A stretch of DNA of 64,000 nucleotides from Eledone cirrhosa (Eukaryota), in NCBI GenBank assembly GCA_964016885.1, contig OZ024741.1, forward strand, positions 85,312,001-85,376,000. Reading direction: 5' to 3'. Numbering within the stretch: the first letter of the stretch is position 1; each line of letters begins with the position of its first letter. This document shows, piece after piece, positions 1 through 14,600 of the stretch. The translations under genes and the position numbers were made by a program. Under the pieces are notes generated by a model. That model did no database searches. It was not told the DNA's origin and worked only from the letters and a program-made list of their open reading frames with translations.

Positions 1-1550
1 AGATGTTGCTGTTGTGCATTGCAGCAATCGAGCCCCTGAACACGGGTCCGAAGCCAGCCGCCTCGAGCACCGCATCCAGGTAACGATGGTCAACCCTATC
101 GAAAGCCTTAGACTGAGCCAAGTTGATCAGGGCCCCACCGAAGCCGGGTTTACACCCTACCCTCTCTATGATGTATCGCATGAGGTGGAGGTTGTCGTGT
201 ATGGACCTGGTCGGGATTGCGCATGTCTGCGCTTCTCCCACCAGGTTCTCGACGACAAGCGCCAGCCTCTTTGCCAACACCTTGGCCAAAATCTGTAACT
301 CTGTGTTTAGCAGAGTTATGGGCCGGAAGTTGCCTATGTCATCCCCCTTATTCTCGTCCTTCCTGATTAGTGTGACCACGCCCCCGGTTACAGAACTGGG
401 AATTCTCCCGTTCTGTTGCCAGTTGCAGTAGACCGCTTCCAGGAGACCGGAGAATAAGTCCGGCATTGCTACGTAAAATTCGTAGGGTAGACCGTGGAGA
501 CCTGGAGATTTGCGTTTGCCGCATTGGCTCAGCGCGTCCCCTATCTCAGTGGCTGAAATCGGCTTTTCGCAGAACTTCGCCTCGCTGTCCGAGAGTCGCG
601 GTAGGCCGTCGAGGTATGGACCGAAATCCATAGCCTCTCCCGGCGCGCCGCTCCCCCCGAACAGCTGAGCAAAGTGCCGCTGAAAAGCCGCACACATCTG
701 CTTCGGCTCACGTATCACGCGTCCGTTTTGGTCCTTCAAAGACCGAATCGTGGACTTGTTGCCACTTTTTGCCTCCGTCACTCGGGCCCAGCTAACAGCT
801 TTGGCTCCCTCGTTTCCCAGAGCACGTATTTTGCTTCTGACAACGCAGCCCTCGTGCTTTGCGTCGAAGAACTGGTCCAAGGCCGTTCTCGTTGCTAGCA
901 CGCTGGCTAGGTTGCCACTTCTAATTGCCTCTTCTACTTTATCTACCAGTTCCTTCTCGGTTCTATTTCTATCTAACGCTAATTCTTTACTAAAAGCTAT
1001 CGAGTCTAATCTAACTGCCCTCTTGAGAGAGTACCACCATCTGTTGTTGACAATGGCCCCTGTCAAGTGCTGTTTAACTAAAGTGCTAATCCGTCTACTG
1101 TAGGCTTTGCTTGTCGGTAACCACAAGTTCAGCTTCCAGTAGCCGGGTCCTTGTCTATGGGTTCTATCAAGGTTGGCCATGCAGGTCACTAGTTTGTGAT
1201 CTGAATAGGCAACCATGAACATTTGTGGACAGCTTAACATGTCCCTATCCTTATTTCTAACTAGAACCCTATCTAGGTACGATCTAGATGTTCTGCTACG
1301 ATTACTCCACGTCCACAGTGGCGCAGTCGGAAAATCTAGTCGATATCTATCGGCCAGGTCAAATCGGTCGATTAACTGTTTGAGGCTGTTACACCCCCCT
1401 TTATCGGGACATGCTCCCACATAGTCCATACGTGCATCTAGGATTCCATTCCAGTCCCCCACTAAAAGCAAGGAGCGGGACGTTCCCAGAAAAGTCTCTA
1501 GACGTTTGAAGAAGTCTGGCCGCGGTGTCCCGGATGGGGCATATGCGGCC
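1..1550 (-). mobile_element. Tx1-like (L1 clade) non-LTR retrotransposon, ORF2 fragment (APE C-terminal half to RT N-terminal half), 5'-truncated, runs off the left window edge
   Basis: The minus strand is homologous to ORF2 of the copies at 4412-9331 and 15917-19266 (motifs YAP, GDWN, SYLDR, SDHK, GYWKLN, GLPYEFY, NFRPITLLN..KILAKVLA.RL, DQSKAFDRVDH). Confidence 0.9.
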
Positions 1551-1608
1551 AGATTTCTTTATCACCATAGCCATAACACATAGGAAAACCGCCTCTCCCT
1601 CGTTTTTG
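1551..1608 (-). mobile_element. Miniature internally deleted Tx1-like relic
   Basis: Starts with the family 3'-end string agatttctttat, followed by ~45 bp matching ORF2 3' sequence at ~2064-2110, and is bounded by gatagatag. Confidence 0.6.
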
Positions 1609-1618
1609 ATAGATAGAT

Positions 1619-4077
1619 TTCTTTATTTGCCACAAGGGCGCAAAAGAAAAGGGAACAATACAAAGACACATGCCGGGGTGTTTTACGTACAGTCGTGTAA
1701 AAATATTATTAAAACAAACAAATTTAACAATCGAAATCCCCAATAGAGGGGAGGCGTTACAAATGGGTTGTTTAATACCCCGTCGATAGAACAACCCTCA
1801 ACTTCAGGAGCGCATCGTGCAAGTGCTCCTTTCTTCCTTTTGCTCTCTTCGTCAACCTACAGGTTTATATACAGAGAAGGCCCAATCACTCGGGCCATTT
1901 TTGCTACATTCACCCACCTTTCAGTAAATTTACTGGGGTGCAGTGCCTCTCTCTCCACTCTGATTCTCCTTCTAAAGTGGTACCTAAAGAGGGAATGAGT
2001 TGGGCCGGAGAGAAGGGCATCTGTCCTCAGTCCTCTCAATCTCGTCCACCATATAACCTCTTTTACCATAGCCACTATACAGAGGAAAACTGCCTCTCTT
2101 TTGTTTTTGAAAGAAGTTGGCGGTTTGATCCTTACTATGGACTCGGCAGTCAACTGGATTTGTCCCATACGCGACAGCAGTTGTTCTGCGTAGTTCCATT
2201 CGTCGGTTACGCCCGGGCAGTGTACAATTGCGTGCAGGACGGTTACAATGTCCTGCTCGTATCTTAGACACGTCATCTTGGAAGGATCCCTGCCGGGGCG
2301 TCTGTGCCTGTAGATCTTGTCTCGAACTGGTAGAGCTCCTCGTTAGCACTGCCAGGCCAGGAACCTTTGGAAGTTGTCCATAGATCCCGGGCGGAAAATT
2401 CTACCGAGCAGACTGGTGAGCTCGTCGTCTTCGACGCCCAGAGTCTCTCCGAGCACGTCGTCGCACTTGTGACGAACTGACCCTCTATAGAATGTCGAAG
2501 TGGAGTCTCCACTGATTGCTGTGCCCGTTTGGCAGAGGACTGTGAGCGCCTGAGCGCATTCAATGTGCCAGGCGCCCATCTTCTTCGGTCTCCGTTTGAC
2601 CCAAGACTGCAGCTCCGTCAGCGAGACAAGATGCGAGAAGGCCTGTCTCACAAACGAGGCCCACACCGGTTGTTCGGTGAGGAATACCTGGAGATGCCAT
2701 AGCCTCAGCGCGTGTTTGCGCATCATCAGTCACGGCATTCCCTGCCCTCCGTTGGAAGGGTGCTGACAGCAGACGGATCTCCTCACCAGTAGAGCCTGCC
2801 TCTTCCAAAGGAACTGGAATAGCATGCGTTCCATCTTGATGAGGTATTCACGGGGACAAGGCACGACGGTCAAGCGGTAGTGGATGACGGACGCTATGAA
2901 AGTGTTCGCCACCTCCGCTCGACCTTTCAAGGATAGTTTGCACTCTACCCACTTCTGGGTGAGCGCAAATACCTTGGCCATGACCTCGTTCCAGTTTTTC
3001 TCCACCTGGAGGTCCGGACCGAACCAGAACCCGAGCAATTTCACCGGTCCTTCCGTCCAGCGTCCGTTTGCCTCCCTACGTTGCGAGTTGCAAACCGACA
3101 GATTTGTCCGGGTTCAGTTTTGCTCCTGTGAGCCTTTCGTATTCCTGCAGTAAGTTGCCGATCGCCCCGATTTCTGAGGTTTTCGACACCATTACTGTAA
3201 CGTTGTCGGCATAAGCCGACGCAGCTTTCCGCAGTCCCGGTTCCAACAGGATGCCCTGCAAAAGCTCCAACTTCCGCAGTAGTGGCTCTCTAGAGTCAAT
3301 ACGTACAGAATGGAGGAGAGAGGGCATACCTGTCGGATAGAACGCGTGATTGCGAACGGCTCCGATAGGTAGCCTTTCACCTTGACCGTCTAGCAGATGT
3401 TGGTGTGCATTGCTGTGATCCAGCCTCTGAAGACGGGTCCGAAACCGGCCGCCTTGAGAACTGCTAGCAAGTATCGATGGTCGACCCTATCGAACGCCTT
3501 AGACTGATCTAAATTGATCAGAGCCCCAAAGCCGGGTTTATACCCCACCCTCTCTATGATGTATCGCATGAGGTGGAGGTTGTCGTATATGGACCTTGTT
3601 AGAATTGCACATGTTTGAGCTTTTCACACCAGGCTCTCGGCGACAAGCGCCAGCCTCGCTGCTAACACCTTGGCCAAAATCTTTAACTCTGTGTTTAGGA
3701 GAATTATGGGCCTGAAGTTGCTTATTTCGTCCCCCTTGTTCTCGTCTTTCCTGATCAGCGTTAGTACGCCCCTGCCTGCAGAACTGGGAATTCTCCCGTT
3801 CTGCTGCCAGGACGCCATAGAACAAGTTCGGCATGCCTATGTAAAATTCATAGGGTAGACCATCTTGACCGGATGATTTTCGTTTCCCGCAGCGACCCAG
3901 GGCGTCCCGTATCTCAGTGGCTGTGATCGGTCTTTCGCAGAACTCGGCGTCCATGCTCGAGAGAGGCGGCAGGCCGTCGAGGTATGAACCGAAGTCCATT
4001 ACCTCGTTCGGCGCACCGCTCTGCTCGAACAGTTGCGCAAAGTTCAGCTGAACGGCCGTGCACATCTGCTTGGAGTC
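1619..4077 (-). mobile_element. Tx1-like retrotransposon, 5'-truncated copy (RT plus C-terminal Cys region, 3'UTR, AATAAA)
   Basis: Frameshifted ORFs 3624-3818, 3192-3380, 3076-3327 (SAYADNV), 2730-3044, 2343-2726 and 1857-2276. PolyA signal (tttatt) at 1622-1627. GATA repeats at both ends. Confidence 0.92.
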
Positions 4078-4091
4078 TAGATAGATAGATA

Positions 4092-4295
4092 AATTTCTTT
4101 ATTAGCCACAAGGGCACAAAAGAAGGGGGACAAATGGGGAGTTTACATACAGGTATATGAAAATAAAACTATTAATAAAATAACAAATAACAATTGAAAT
4201 CCCCAATAGGGGGAGGCGTTACACAGGGGTTGTACACACCTCGAAAAAATGTACAACCCTCATCTCCAGGAGCACCAAGAGTGAGTACTCCCTTC
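4092..4295 (-). mobile_element. Tx1-like 3'UTR-only copy
   Basis: Homologous to 1619-1830, with tttatt at 4098-4103. Flanked by (GATA)n at 4078-4091 and 4296-4411. Confidence 0.85.
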
Positions 4296-4355
<60 letters not shown>

Positions 4356-4364
4356 ATAGATAGA

Positions 4365-4411
<47 letters not shown>
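4296..4411. repeat. (GATA)n microsatellite
   Basis: Read directly from the sequence. Confidence 0.99.
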
Positions 4412-4412
<1 letters not shown>

Positions 4413-7400
4413 CTTTCTATTTATTTGCCACCAGGACATCAAAGATTGGGACAAATACAAGGGGGGGGGGGGGTATATACATTTCAAAGGACGTGTAAAA
4501 ACATATAACAAATAAAATTCAACAATCGAAGTCCTCAATAGGGAAGGGGCGTTGACGTGAGTCGCACACACCCCCGAAAAAATGTGCAACCCTCCTCCTC
4601 AGGAGCACAAAGAGCGGGTGCTCTCTTCCTCTCCTCTTTCTTCTCCTCTCTCACCTACAGGCTGATATAGAGAGAAGGCCTATTCACTCGGGCCATTCTC
4701 GCCACTTTCACCCACCTTTCATAAAACTTGCTGGGGTAGAGCACCTCTCTCTACATTCTAATCCTTCTTCTAAAATGGTACTTGAAAAAAAGAACCAGTT
4801 GTTGGCCGGAGAGAAGAGTGTCTGACCTCAGCCCTTTCAACCTCGTCCACCATACAACCTCTTTCGCCATAGCTATCACACAGAGGAAAACCGCCTCTCC
4901 TTCGTTTTTGAAGAGGGAGGTGGTTTGATCGTGACAATGTACTCGGTGGTCAACCGGATTGGTCCCACCCGCGACATTAGTCGTTCCACATAGCCCCACA
5001 GGTCAGCAACGCCCGGGCAGTATATGAATGCGTGCGCGACAGTTTCCTCGTCACGCACGCATCTCGGACAGATCTTCTTCGAGGGGTCCCTACCCGGGCG
5101 CCCGTGTCTGTAGAGCTTGCCCCGAACGGGTAGAGCTCCTCAGTAGCACTGCCAAGCCAGGGACGTTTGGAAGTTGTCCATCGGTCCCGGGCCAAACGTC
5201 CTACCGAACAGACTGGCTACCTCGTCTTCCTCCATGCCCGAGCCTTTCCGAGAGCGTCGTCGCACTTTCTGCGCACCAACCTTCTATAGAATGTTGAGGT
5301 TGAGTCTCCACTGATTGCCGGATCCGATTGCCAGAGGGCTGTGAGCGCCTGGGCACATTCGATGTGCCAGTCGCCCATTTTTCTCGGTCTTTGCTTGACC
5401 CAGGATTGCAGCTCTGTGAGTGAGACGAGTCTCTGAAAGGCTCGCTCACAAAAGGGGCCCACACCGACTGACCGGTGAGGAATGCCTGGAGATGCCGTAG
5501 CCTTAATGCGTGTCTACGCATCGTCAGCCACGGCATCCCCAGCCCTCCGTTCGAAGGGTGTTGACAGCAGACGGATCTTCTCACCAAAGGGGCCCGCTTC
5601 TTCCAAAAGAATCGGAAGAGCGCGCGCTCCATTTTGGCGAGCGTTTTCGCTGCGCAAAGCCCGATGGTCAAGCGGTAGTAGATGACGGACGCTATATAAG
5701 TGTTCGCCACCCCCGCTCGACCTTTCAGGAATAGTTTGCACACGGCCCACTTCTGGGCGAATGCAAATACCCTGCTCGTTACCTCGTCCCAGTTTTTCTC
5801 CACCTGGAGGTCCGGTCCAAACCAGACCCCGAGCAGCTGCACCGGTCCCTCCGTCCAGCATCCCACGACGCCGTCGGAGGGTATCGGTTTGCCTCACCAC
5901 GTTCCGAGTTGCAAACCGACGGACTTGTCCCGGTTCAGCTTGGCTCCTGTAAACCTTTCGTATTCCTCCAGTAAGGTGCCGATCTGCCCGATTTCCGAGG
6001 CGCACGACCCCATTGCTGTCACATCCTCGGCGTAGGCCGACACTGCTTTCTGCAATCCCAGTTCCAAGGGGATTCCCTGCAACAGCTCCAACTTCCGCAG
6101 TAGTGGCTCGAGAGCCAGCACATACAGAAGGGAGGAGAGAGGGCATCCCTGTCGGATGGATCGCGCGATTTGGAACGGCTCCGAGAGGTAGCCGTTCACC
6201 TTGACCCCCAGGCAGGTGTTGCTGCTGTGCATTTCAGCAATCCAGCCCCTGAAAACAGCTCTGAAGCCTGCCGCCGCGAGCACCGCATCCAGGTACTGAT
6301 GGTCGACCCTATCAAACGCCTTAGATTGATCCAAGTTGATCAGGGCCCCACCAAAGCCGGGTTCGTTCCCTACCCTCTCTACGATGTATCGCATGAGGTG
6401 GAGGCTGTCGTGTATGGACCTGGACGAGATTGCGCATGTCTTCCAGGTTCCCGACGACAAGCGCCAACCTCTTCGCTATCACCTTGGCCAAAATCTTTAA
6501 CTCTGTGTTTAGCAGAGTTATGGGCCTGAAGTTATCTATGTCATCCTCCTTGTTCTCGTCCTTCCTCACCAGCGTGACTACACTCTTGGTCACAGAACTG
6601 GGAATTCTCCCGTTCTGTTGCCAGTTGCAGTAGACCGCCTCGAGGAGATTGGAGAACAAGTCCGGCATCGCTACATAAAGTTCGTATGGTAGACCATCGA
6701 GACCGGGAGATTTTCGTTTGCCGCATTGGCTCAGCACTTCCCCTATCTCAGCGGCTGAAATCGGCCTGTCGCAGGACTTCCCCTCCACGTCCGAGAGCGG
6801 TGGCAGACCGTCGAAGTATGGACCGAAATCCATGGCCTCACCCGGTCCAAGTGCTAATCCGTCTACTGTAGGCTTTGCATGTCGGTAACGACATGTTCAG
6901 CTTCCAGTAACCGGGTCCCTGTCTATGGGTTCTATCAAGGTTGACCACTCCGGTCACCAACTTGTGACCCGAATAGTCAACCATGAACATTTGTGGACAG
7001 CTTAATATGTCCCTATCCTTATTTCTAACTAGGAACCTATCTAGGTACGACCTAGATGTTCCGCTAAGATTAATCCACGTCTACAGTGGCACAGTCGGAA
7101 AATCGGCCGATTAACTGTTTGAGGCTGTTACACCCCTCTCTATCGGTACATGCCCCTACATAGTCCCAACGTGCATCAAGGATACCATTCCAGTCCCCCC
7201 ACTAAAAGCAAGGAGCGAGACGTTCCCAGAAAAGTCTCTAGGCGCTGGAAGAAGTCCGGTCGCGGTGTCCCAGATGGAGCATACGCTGCCACCAGCCTGA
7301 AGGCTCCACCTTCACTACTGCTGACGTCTAGAACCACCAGTTGGCCCTCCGGGTCCAGGTGTACCTTCCGTGTTGCGAGGCCCAGGTGTTTGCGCAGCAG

Positions 7401-9331
7401 AACGACCACCCCGCCCCCACCCCCACCCCCGGCTGACAGAGAGATGCATAGATCTGAAAGTCGTCGAAGATGGGGGCCAGTTGGTGCTCGCTGCTGATCC
7501 TGAACTCGCAAATAGCTATCACATCCATTCTGTGCGACCGGAGGTCATTTAAATGCGGTTTAGTCGCCGCGTTCGTGAACATTTTCCCTTCGGTTTCCAC
7601 CGAAGGGTCTTTGTCTATTATTTTGTTATTTGTGTTGATGTATGTATACTGTTTTTGTTGTGTTGTGTTTGTTTTTGTTTGTTGTTCTTGTGTGTGTTTG
7701 CGTTTTGTAGTATGTGTTATGTTTTCGGGAGGGGTGGGATTTTTGTTTGTGATGTTTGTTCTGTTTGTGCTGGTGGCTGTGTGTTTGTTGTATTTTTGTT
7801 GATGTGGTGCCTTCTTTTCTTTCTTTTTACCGGTTGAAAGAGTCCTCCCTCGTCGTCACTGGGTGACGTTGATAAGTGGTCCTCGTCCGTGTTGTTGGGG
7901 AGGGGTATATTTTGGGGTTTTGTTGTGGTTGCTTTTGTATTTATTTTAGGTGGGGAGGGGTTGTGTGGGACAGTGTCTTGTGTTGTTATTTTTTCGTGTT
8001 GTTGTGGTTGTTGTTGTGGTGGTGGTGGTGGTGGTGGTGGTGGTGTTGTGTGTGAGGTGGGCAGGAGCGTCTTTTTTTTTGGGGGGGGGGGGCATTGAAA
8101 AGAGGACAGGAAGCCCTCAGGTGACCACTTCTTGAACAGTGGTAGCATGAAGGCCCCCTACCCTCAACAGAAATGTTTATGAAGGCGACTTCATCCAGGG
8201 ACACACGCTGCGGTATTCTTGCTATCTGTTCTGGTCTCATTTGGACCAGAACTTCAAGGCTATTGCCGCTGAATACGCCCCGATGGATTCGCCTATCGAA
8301 AGGATTGTGTCCTCATCTTCTAAGAATCCCGTTAGCACCCACCAAATGCTCACATTTGGCCTGATGCCCGAGATTCTTATCTTTTGAGTTCTTTTCCCCA
8401 AATATGAGGGGGAAAAGGTGTATGCTTTGGATACAACTGGCGACACAGAATATTTCCGTGCCGCCAATTCATCTTGCATTAAAACAGATATGCTTCCATA
8501 TAGTTTCCCTTTCTGTATGAAAGCGATATCCTTCCAGGCACTACTTAGGACCAGCTCAATTTCGCTTTGGGACAATTGAGCCGGTTTCCTAGTCGCATTC
8601 GAAACTGTCCTAAAAATTACGGTCCTGAGGATTGTGTCCCTTCTAATTTCTTCGGGGGAGGTAATTGTGAATTCCCCACCTTCCCCGAAACTTACACAAT
8701 TCCTTGCTTCTTTCAGCAATTTCTTGGCATTCGAGATGTCCAGTGCCTTGAATGTCTGCGTTTCTCGAACTGCCTGTGCGAAGGAGACTGCAGTTGTGGG
8801 TCCGTTTTCTTTCGTGTTGTTATCATTGTTGTTGTTATTCGTGTTGGGTTGCTTTTTTCCTTTGTTGGTGTTGTCATTATTGCTGTTGTTGGTTGTGTTG
8901 TTATTGTCATTGTTGCTGTTGATGGTTGTGTTGTTATTGTCATTGTTGTTCTTGTTTGTGTAATTGTTACTTTTGGGGTTTTCACCCATTTCCACAATTT
9001 TTCTTTTGATTCCGCTGTGTCTTTTGCGGGAGTGAGGAAGGAAAGCTTACAGCGTTGTGCTGCTACCTTCTCTCTATCACTTTCCTGGGGGGGGGGGGCG
9101 TGTCATGCGTCGTGTTAATGGCGTCCATTGTCACTAAACGACTTTTTATCGATAACTTATAACTATCAAATTTCGCCCCAAAAAGGGGCGAAATTTATTT
9201 TACCCAACGTCTGCAGTCCTAGGCGAGGGGTTAAACACAACAAATAACAAGTAGCTTAAACAAACCTACCGCTTCTCGTAATAAATTCCGACAAAATGCA
9301 GGGCGAAACAAAAACACGTCTATCTTCTTCC
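4412..9331 (-). mobile_element. Near-full-length Tx1-like retrotransposon (ORF1 with Asn-rich N-terminus and CCHC knuckle; ORF2 APE-RT), with frameshifts and internal deletions
   Basis: ORF1 pieces 8237-8995 and 7986-8240 (CYHCSRSGHLRASC = CX2CX4HX4C). ORF2 pieces include DVIAICE, VAAYAP, NFRPITLLNTELKILAK, DQSKAFDRVDH and IRQGCPLS. About 440 bp is deleted near 6848 relative to the copy at 1-1550. Confidence 0.93.
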
Positions 9332-9453
<122 letters not shown>

Positions 9454-9608
9454 AGAGTGGGGGGAGAGTAAAATAAAAAAGACAAACACAGCTACAATTG
9501 TAATTGTAGCTGTGAATAATTATTCAAAGTTGTATTAGTTTCACGGTGTTGGAAAAGGAATGTCCATCATGAGGAAAGATTAAAGTTAAGAGAAAGAAGC
9601 GGTTAGAA

Positions 9609-9720
9609 CAGTGATTCTCAACCAGTATGCTGCGACACACAGGTGTGCCGCGAGATCTTCGTAAGTGTGCCGCGAAATTTTGAACGGCACACTAAGAAAA
9701 TGCGAAAAACCACGTGATCC
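9609..9720 (+). mobile_element. Possible hAT (Charlie/SPIN-type) terminal fragment
   Basis: cagtgattctcaacc...tgtgccgcga resembles CAGTGGTTCTCAACC hAT termini. No partner end was found. Confidence 0.35.
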
Positions 9721-10379
9721 CAATTGAGTATTCACAGTCTGTGGTGTAACATGTTGCACCACATAGCTTTGTTCATTTAGGGATGAGCGAAATGTTTCCA
9801 AATTTCGCAATGCTAAAAGTTCTATATCTTTTATTGTTTCGTTCGTCATTAGTATTGATCATATGAATGGATATTGGTCAATACTTGTCTTAAGGTGGGA
9901 CCCCTCACCCCCCAGAAAAAGAAAAAAATGTATTATATGATGCATCTTTTTTTCACTTTTATAGTAGAATCTACCTCTAAAACTGAGACAAATGATATAT
10001 TTCTTTTTCATCTAGTTCTAATTTTTGCTGAGATATGACAAAAAATGGTTGAAAAATAACGTAAAAGTGACTATAACATTTTTTCAAGGCAGAATTCAAG
10101 GCTTCTGTCACGATGAAGTTACTATTATAAGGAAGATCTCCTCAAAATTTCAAGCAAATCTATCGAGTAGATTTTCTGGAAAGAGCTTTGAAATTTTGAG
10201 TACCCATTTTGAGAAAATTGCCTGTAAAGATTAGAAACACGAATGTCAGCTTCTACCTCTGTTTCGGAACAATCTATGGATGATTCCGATGATTTAGCTC
10301 AGAATTCCCTTTACATATATTTTGTCTTGCTTCTCTATATGGTATAATTTCCTAATTTTCTGGTATTGTTTGTGAACTC

Positions 10380-10800
10380 CAGTCGGTTTCCATGATGAGC
10401 TTTCCAGTTATTAGATCAATGGAACTTCCTACACATGAAATTAACGTGCAAGTAACTCAGCATTCCACAGACACGTGCAGAGAGATTAGCATGGCTCACA
10501 TATGTGGCGAGGATTGACATTAAAATTACAGTTACAATTCATTTGTTTTCCAGCTGAAGTGACTGGAGCAATGTTAACTAAAGTGTCTTGCTCAAGGTCA
10601 AGGACGCAACACAGAGAGATTCAGCATGGCTCACATATGTGGCGAGGCTGGACCTTAAAATTACACTGACAATTCATTTGTTTTCCAGCAATGTTAACTA
10701 AAGTGTCTTGCTCAGGGTCAAGGACACAACGCATCGCCGGGAATTGAATTCGTGACCTTATGCTCGTAAACTGAACACCCTAACCACTAAGCCACATGTC
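10380..10800 (-). mobile_element. tRNA-derived SINE with an internal ~130-bp tandem duplication
   Basis: The minus strand has tRNA-like A/B boxes (tggcttagtggttagg; tcaattcccgg). 10478-10610 is repeated at ~10612-10730. Related to 30750-31040. Confidence 0.75.
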
Positions 10801-11059
10801 TTTACATGGACACCGCCGCCCCCAAAAAGAAACCATCTAACAAATACAATAAAAACAGAAAGAATTATAATATAAAATAAAGTAGCTAATTTATTTTGTC
10901 AAATAGCCATTAGATGAAAATAGTTAATTATATCAGGGTCTGTGTCGGGGGGGGGGGGGGGAAATCATGTTTTAGTGAGCTTGTTAATTTAGAATATTTT
11001 GATATGACTGGGACCAACATATTTGAAAATATATATATTCTTTTATTTTCTACCGCAGT

Positions 11060-11640
11060 TGAATGGCTGTTGTGTGTTGTTTCTGTTGTTGATGCTGCTT
11101 GCTGTGGTGGTGGTGGTAGTGGTGGTAGTAGTGGTGATGTTAGTGATAGTGGTGGTGGTGGTGGTGGTAATGGGGGATAGTGGGGTGGAGGTAGTTGGGT
11201 AGTTGTGGTCTAGGTAGTGGTGATGGTGGTATTGTCGGTGGTTGCGGCTGTTGTAATTGTGGTGGTGGTGGTAGTTGGTTGGGTGGTGGTATTAGCTATT
11301 GAGATTATTGTTGTTGTTGTTTTTGTTGTTGATGATGGAGGGGATGATTTTGTTATTTCTTTTAGTTGTTGTTGCGGTGGTAATGAGGTTACTTCTGTTA
11401 TTGTTGTTATTGCTGTTGCTGTAGTGGTTGGCTGGTGGCTGCTGTTGTTATTGTTGCGTTGGTTGTGTTATTGGTGTGTGTGGTTGTTGTTGATGTAGCA
11501 GTTTTTGTTATCATCGTTGTTTTTGTCATTGTTATTGTTCTTCTGGTTGTTGCTGTTCTGATTCTCACCACCTTTGCTGTTGTTGTTGCTATTGCAATTT
11601 TTGTTTTCCTTGCTGTTATTGTTGTTGTTTTTTGTTGTAC
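11060..11640. repeat. Degenerate (GGT)n/(GTT)n low-complexity tract
   Basis: Read directly from the sequence. Confidence 0.9.
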
Positions 11641-14600
11641 CTTCAAGTTATTGAAATGTAATTAAAATTGGACTGAACTTTAGTAATATTTAAATATTTC
11701 AGTAGTTTTCTTTTTTTGATTTTTATATTTTATTTTTAATTTTTAAATAAACACATCACTAACGCCACCACCATCATCATCAATATCATCAATAATTTTA
11801 ACAACCATTTTTTGTTCTTACTGTCGTGGGTTGGACAGGTATTATTATGTACAGAATAATTGCCAACGTTTTTGGTCTTCTGTGAGTATCTTGGGTAAAT
11901 GTCTTCTACTACAGTTTCAGTTTGACCAGGGTGTCACACAGTGAAATTGAACCCGAAACCCCGTGGTTGTGAAGCGTACGCTTAACTGCACAGCTATGCT
12001 TGCACCTATTTTAAACAAAGTGACAGTAACATCTTCTGTTCATTGGCCACAGCATAAATAAATCTTTTTTTCGGTAACCATATAGAAAATGTCATTCTGT
12101 TCTGTGGCCACATTAGAAGTCCTCCTTTGGTCAAGGCTGACCATGGATTTGCACCTGGAAAATTATTCTCTAAAGCGCAAACTTGGACAAGAAGCTTTGG
12201 AAGACCAGCCGTTGACGGTGCATGCCAGTGTCCCTATCTCCACACCACCGATGTTACCCAAAGGAAAAGAAAAGGCCTATAAATCTTGGTACATTGGCAA
12301 ACCCTGAATAGAAAGAGATACCGCAAAATATTATGTTCAATGCTGTAACAATTTCGTCAGTACACCAGCCTGGACTGATACTTCTTTCCTGAATAGAAAA
12401 ATTGACCTCGATGCGTTTTGAACTCAAATTACAGAGAGCCAGAACAAATACTGCAAAGGATTTTAATCCGATACTCTAACGTTTCTGCAAATTCGACTTT
12501 TCTTTTACGGTAATTATTTACAAAAGGACAGTAACTTCTGGAGAAGTCTTTTACAATAACCATTTACAAGATGATATTCTATGCAAAAGTCACTCATAAT
12601 TTGAGTGTATATGTCAAATCATTTCCTTCCACCAATATACAACATAATATATTTCTTAGTGGCCATTATCATTATTATTATTGAGTCTGAACGGACGTTT
12701 TTTTGCTCGCTCCCGTAAGTTCACTTGTTGTGTAAGGCATACAAGCCCTTGAACTTTGCCCTGTGAAGGGGAAAGAATAATATTTGGGCCTTTTGGCCCA
12801 AATATTTGAACTTTTTTGCATTTTAAAAAATTATCGAGACAAAAAAAAAACATGGCTGAGCCACGCCCCCCAGCGATATGTCTGCTGTCGTGCGACAACG
12901 ACGTAGAAGTTGAGAGGAGCGCTACGGCGAAATTAACAGAAATTGATACAACAGACACCATCACAAACAATGTAAACAAAGACACCAATGATACCAATGA
13001 GAACACTAATTTTGAAAAAAATGAAAGTAACAGCGGCAACGAAAATACAGAGAACAGAAAAAATGACATATGCAACAACAATATCAACACCACTAACATG
13101 AAAACAAATACCGACAACACCAACAGCAACAATACCAACTGCACCGAGAACAACGATGGCACCAAAGACAACAATGATAACAGCGACAGTGATAACAACA
13201 CCAACAAGAACAACAACAACAACAACAACACCCCCAACGACAACAACAAGAACACTTTCGCTGCGGCAGCAGCAAAAAAGAGGCCATGCTTCAACATGGA
13301 CCTCTCAAACAAAGATGAAAAGTTGGCCCAGGCCTGGAAGCTCATCAAGCAAGAGAAAACCTGAGCCAACTTAACTGTCCCGGTAGAAGCTATTGAGGCA
13401 GTGGAGCACAGAACGGTGCATTATAGATGCCTCTCAGCACAAACCAAAAGGGCAGCTTTAATCCCACAAGCAGATGTCGAAGTCGCGCTGAGGTGCATCA
13501 GAGAAGACACTGAATACATAGCGAGGGGCAGACAGTACGGCACCATTTCGGTGCTGTTCAAGTCAGAAGCCCTCGCTATGAAACACGCTATGACTCCTTG
13601 CAAAACCAGCAAGGTCATAATGTACCCCTCCCACATGGGAAAAAGAACGACCCGCCTCCGCATTCACAGAATCCCACCAGGACTTGACATGTGGTGGCTT
13701 CTGGGATGTGTGATTGTGGAGGGGACGGATACAGTCCCTATAGAAGTGACCAGAACGGCCAGAGAGGACTGGTCCGGGGTTGACCTGGAGATCCTTCTCC
13801 AGATAAGGCCCAAGAATGTGAAGACAATCCCGGACCACATCCGCCTTCAGAATGGGACGGTCATTCATATTATGACCGAGGCAAAAGGCCGCATTGCTTT
13901 GTTTGTGGGGAAAAAACCCATTTGCGAGCCTTCTGCCCCCAACTGTTGAAAGATGCAAGAGGTCGAAAGGCTCCACTGCTGCCGACGCCGGGGCGAGGAC
14001 CACAAACAACACCAGCTCCGGCAAAACCACCAATAGAAAGACGGCCACCAACATTGACCACCCAGGAGGAAACGAGGAAAGTTGTCAAATTCCCCCTCCC
14101 CCCAAAAATACACACACCAATAAAAACAAACACACACACAGACACACTTACAGACACAGACCCCTCATCTACCAGTAGTGAAGATGAGGGAAAACCAAAA
14201 TCACCCAAAATACAAAAAAGGAAACACAAAAGGGAAAAAAACTCAACAAAGCACAAAATCACCCACAATAAAAAAAACATCTCTCCAATAACACCAACAT
14301 CAACACCACCATCACCATCACCAGAATCCCCCAAACGCAAACAGCCTAAACAGACGCAAGAACAAATACACACACAAACATCGGAAACCACAGACACCGC
14401 ACTCACAACAAACACAGACACAACCGAAGCAACACCACCAAAACCATCACCACCACAACGACGCAAACAAATAAAATCACACCAACAAAACATACAAAAC
14501 TTCGTGCTAGGCAGGAGGGCCAACAAGGAACTGATGGCCCTCGTAGCACGAAGTGAAAATATACAAAAAGAGGGGGAATGTTTAAATCGAACACATTTCG

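Noticed and set aside
9888-10235. Possible non-autonomous DNA-transposon fragments (also ~59500-59875 and ~60240-60455)
   Set aside because: The sequence looks MITE-like, but no paired TIRs or TSD could be established.
11217-11665. Hydrophobic poly-Val/Leu ORFs resembling membrane proteins (also 8634, 12656, 21617, 47614)
   Set aside because: They are readings of GTT/CTG repeats or the antisense strand of Asn-rich TE sequence.
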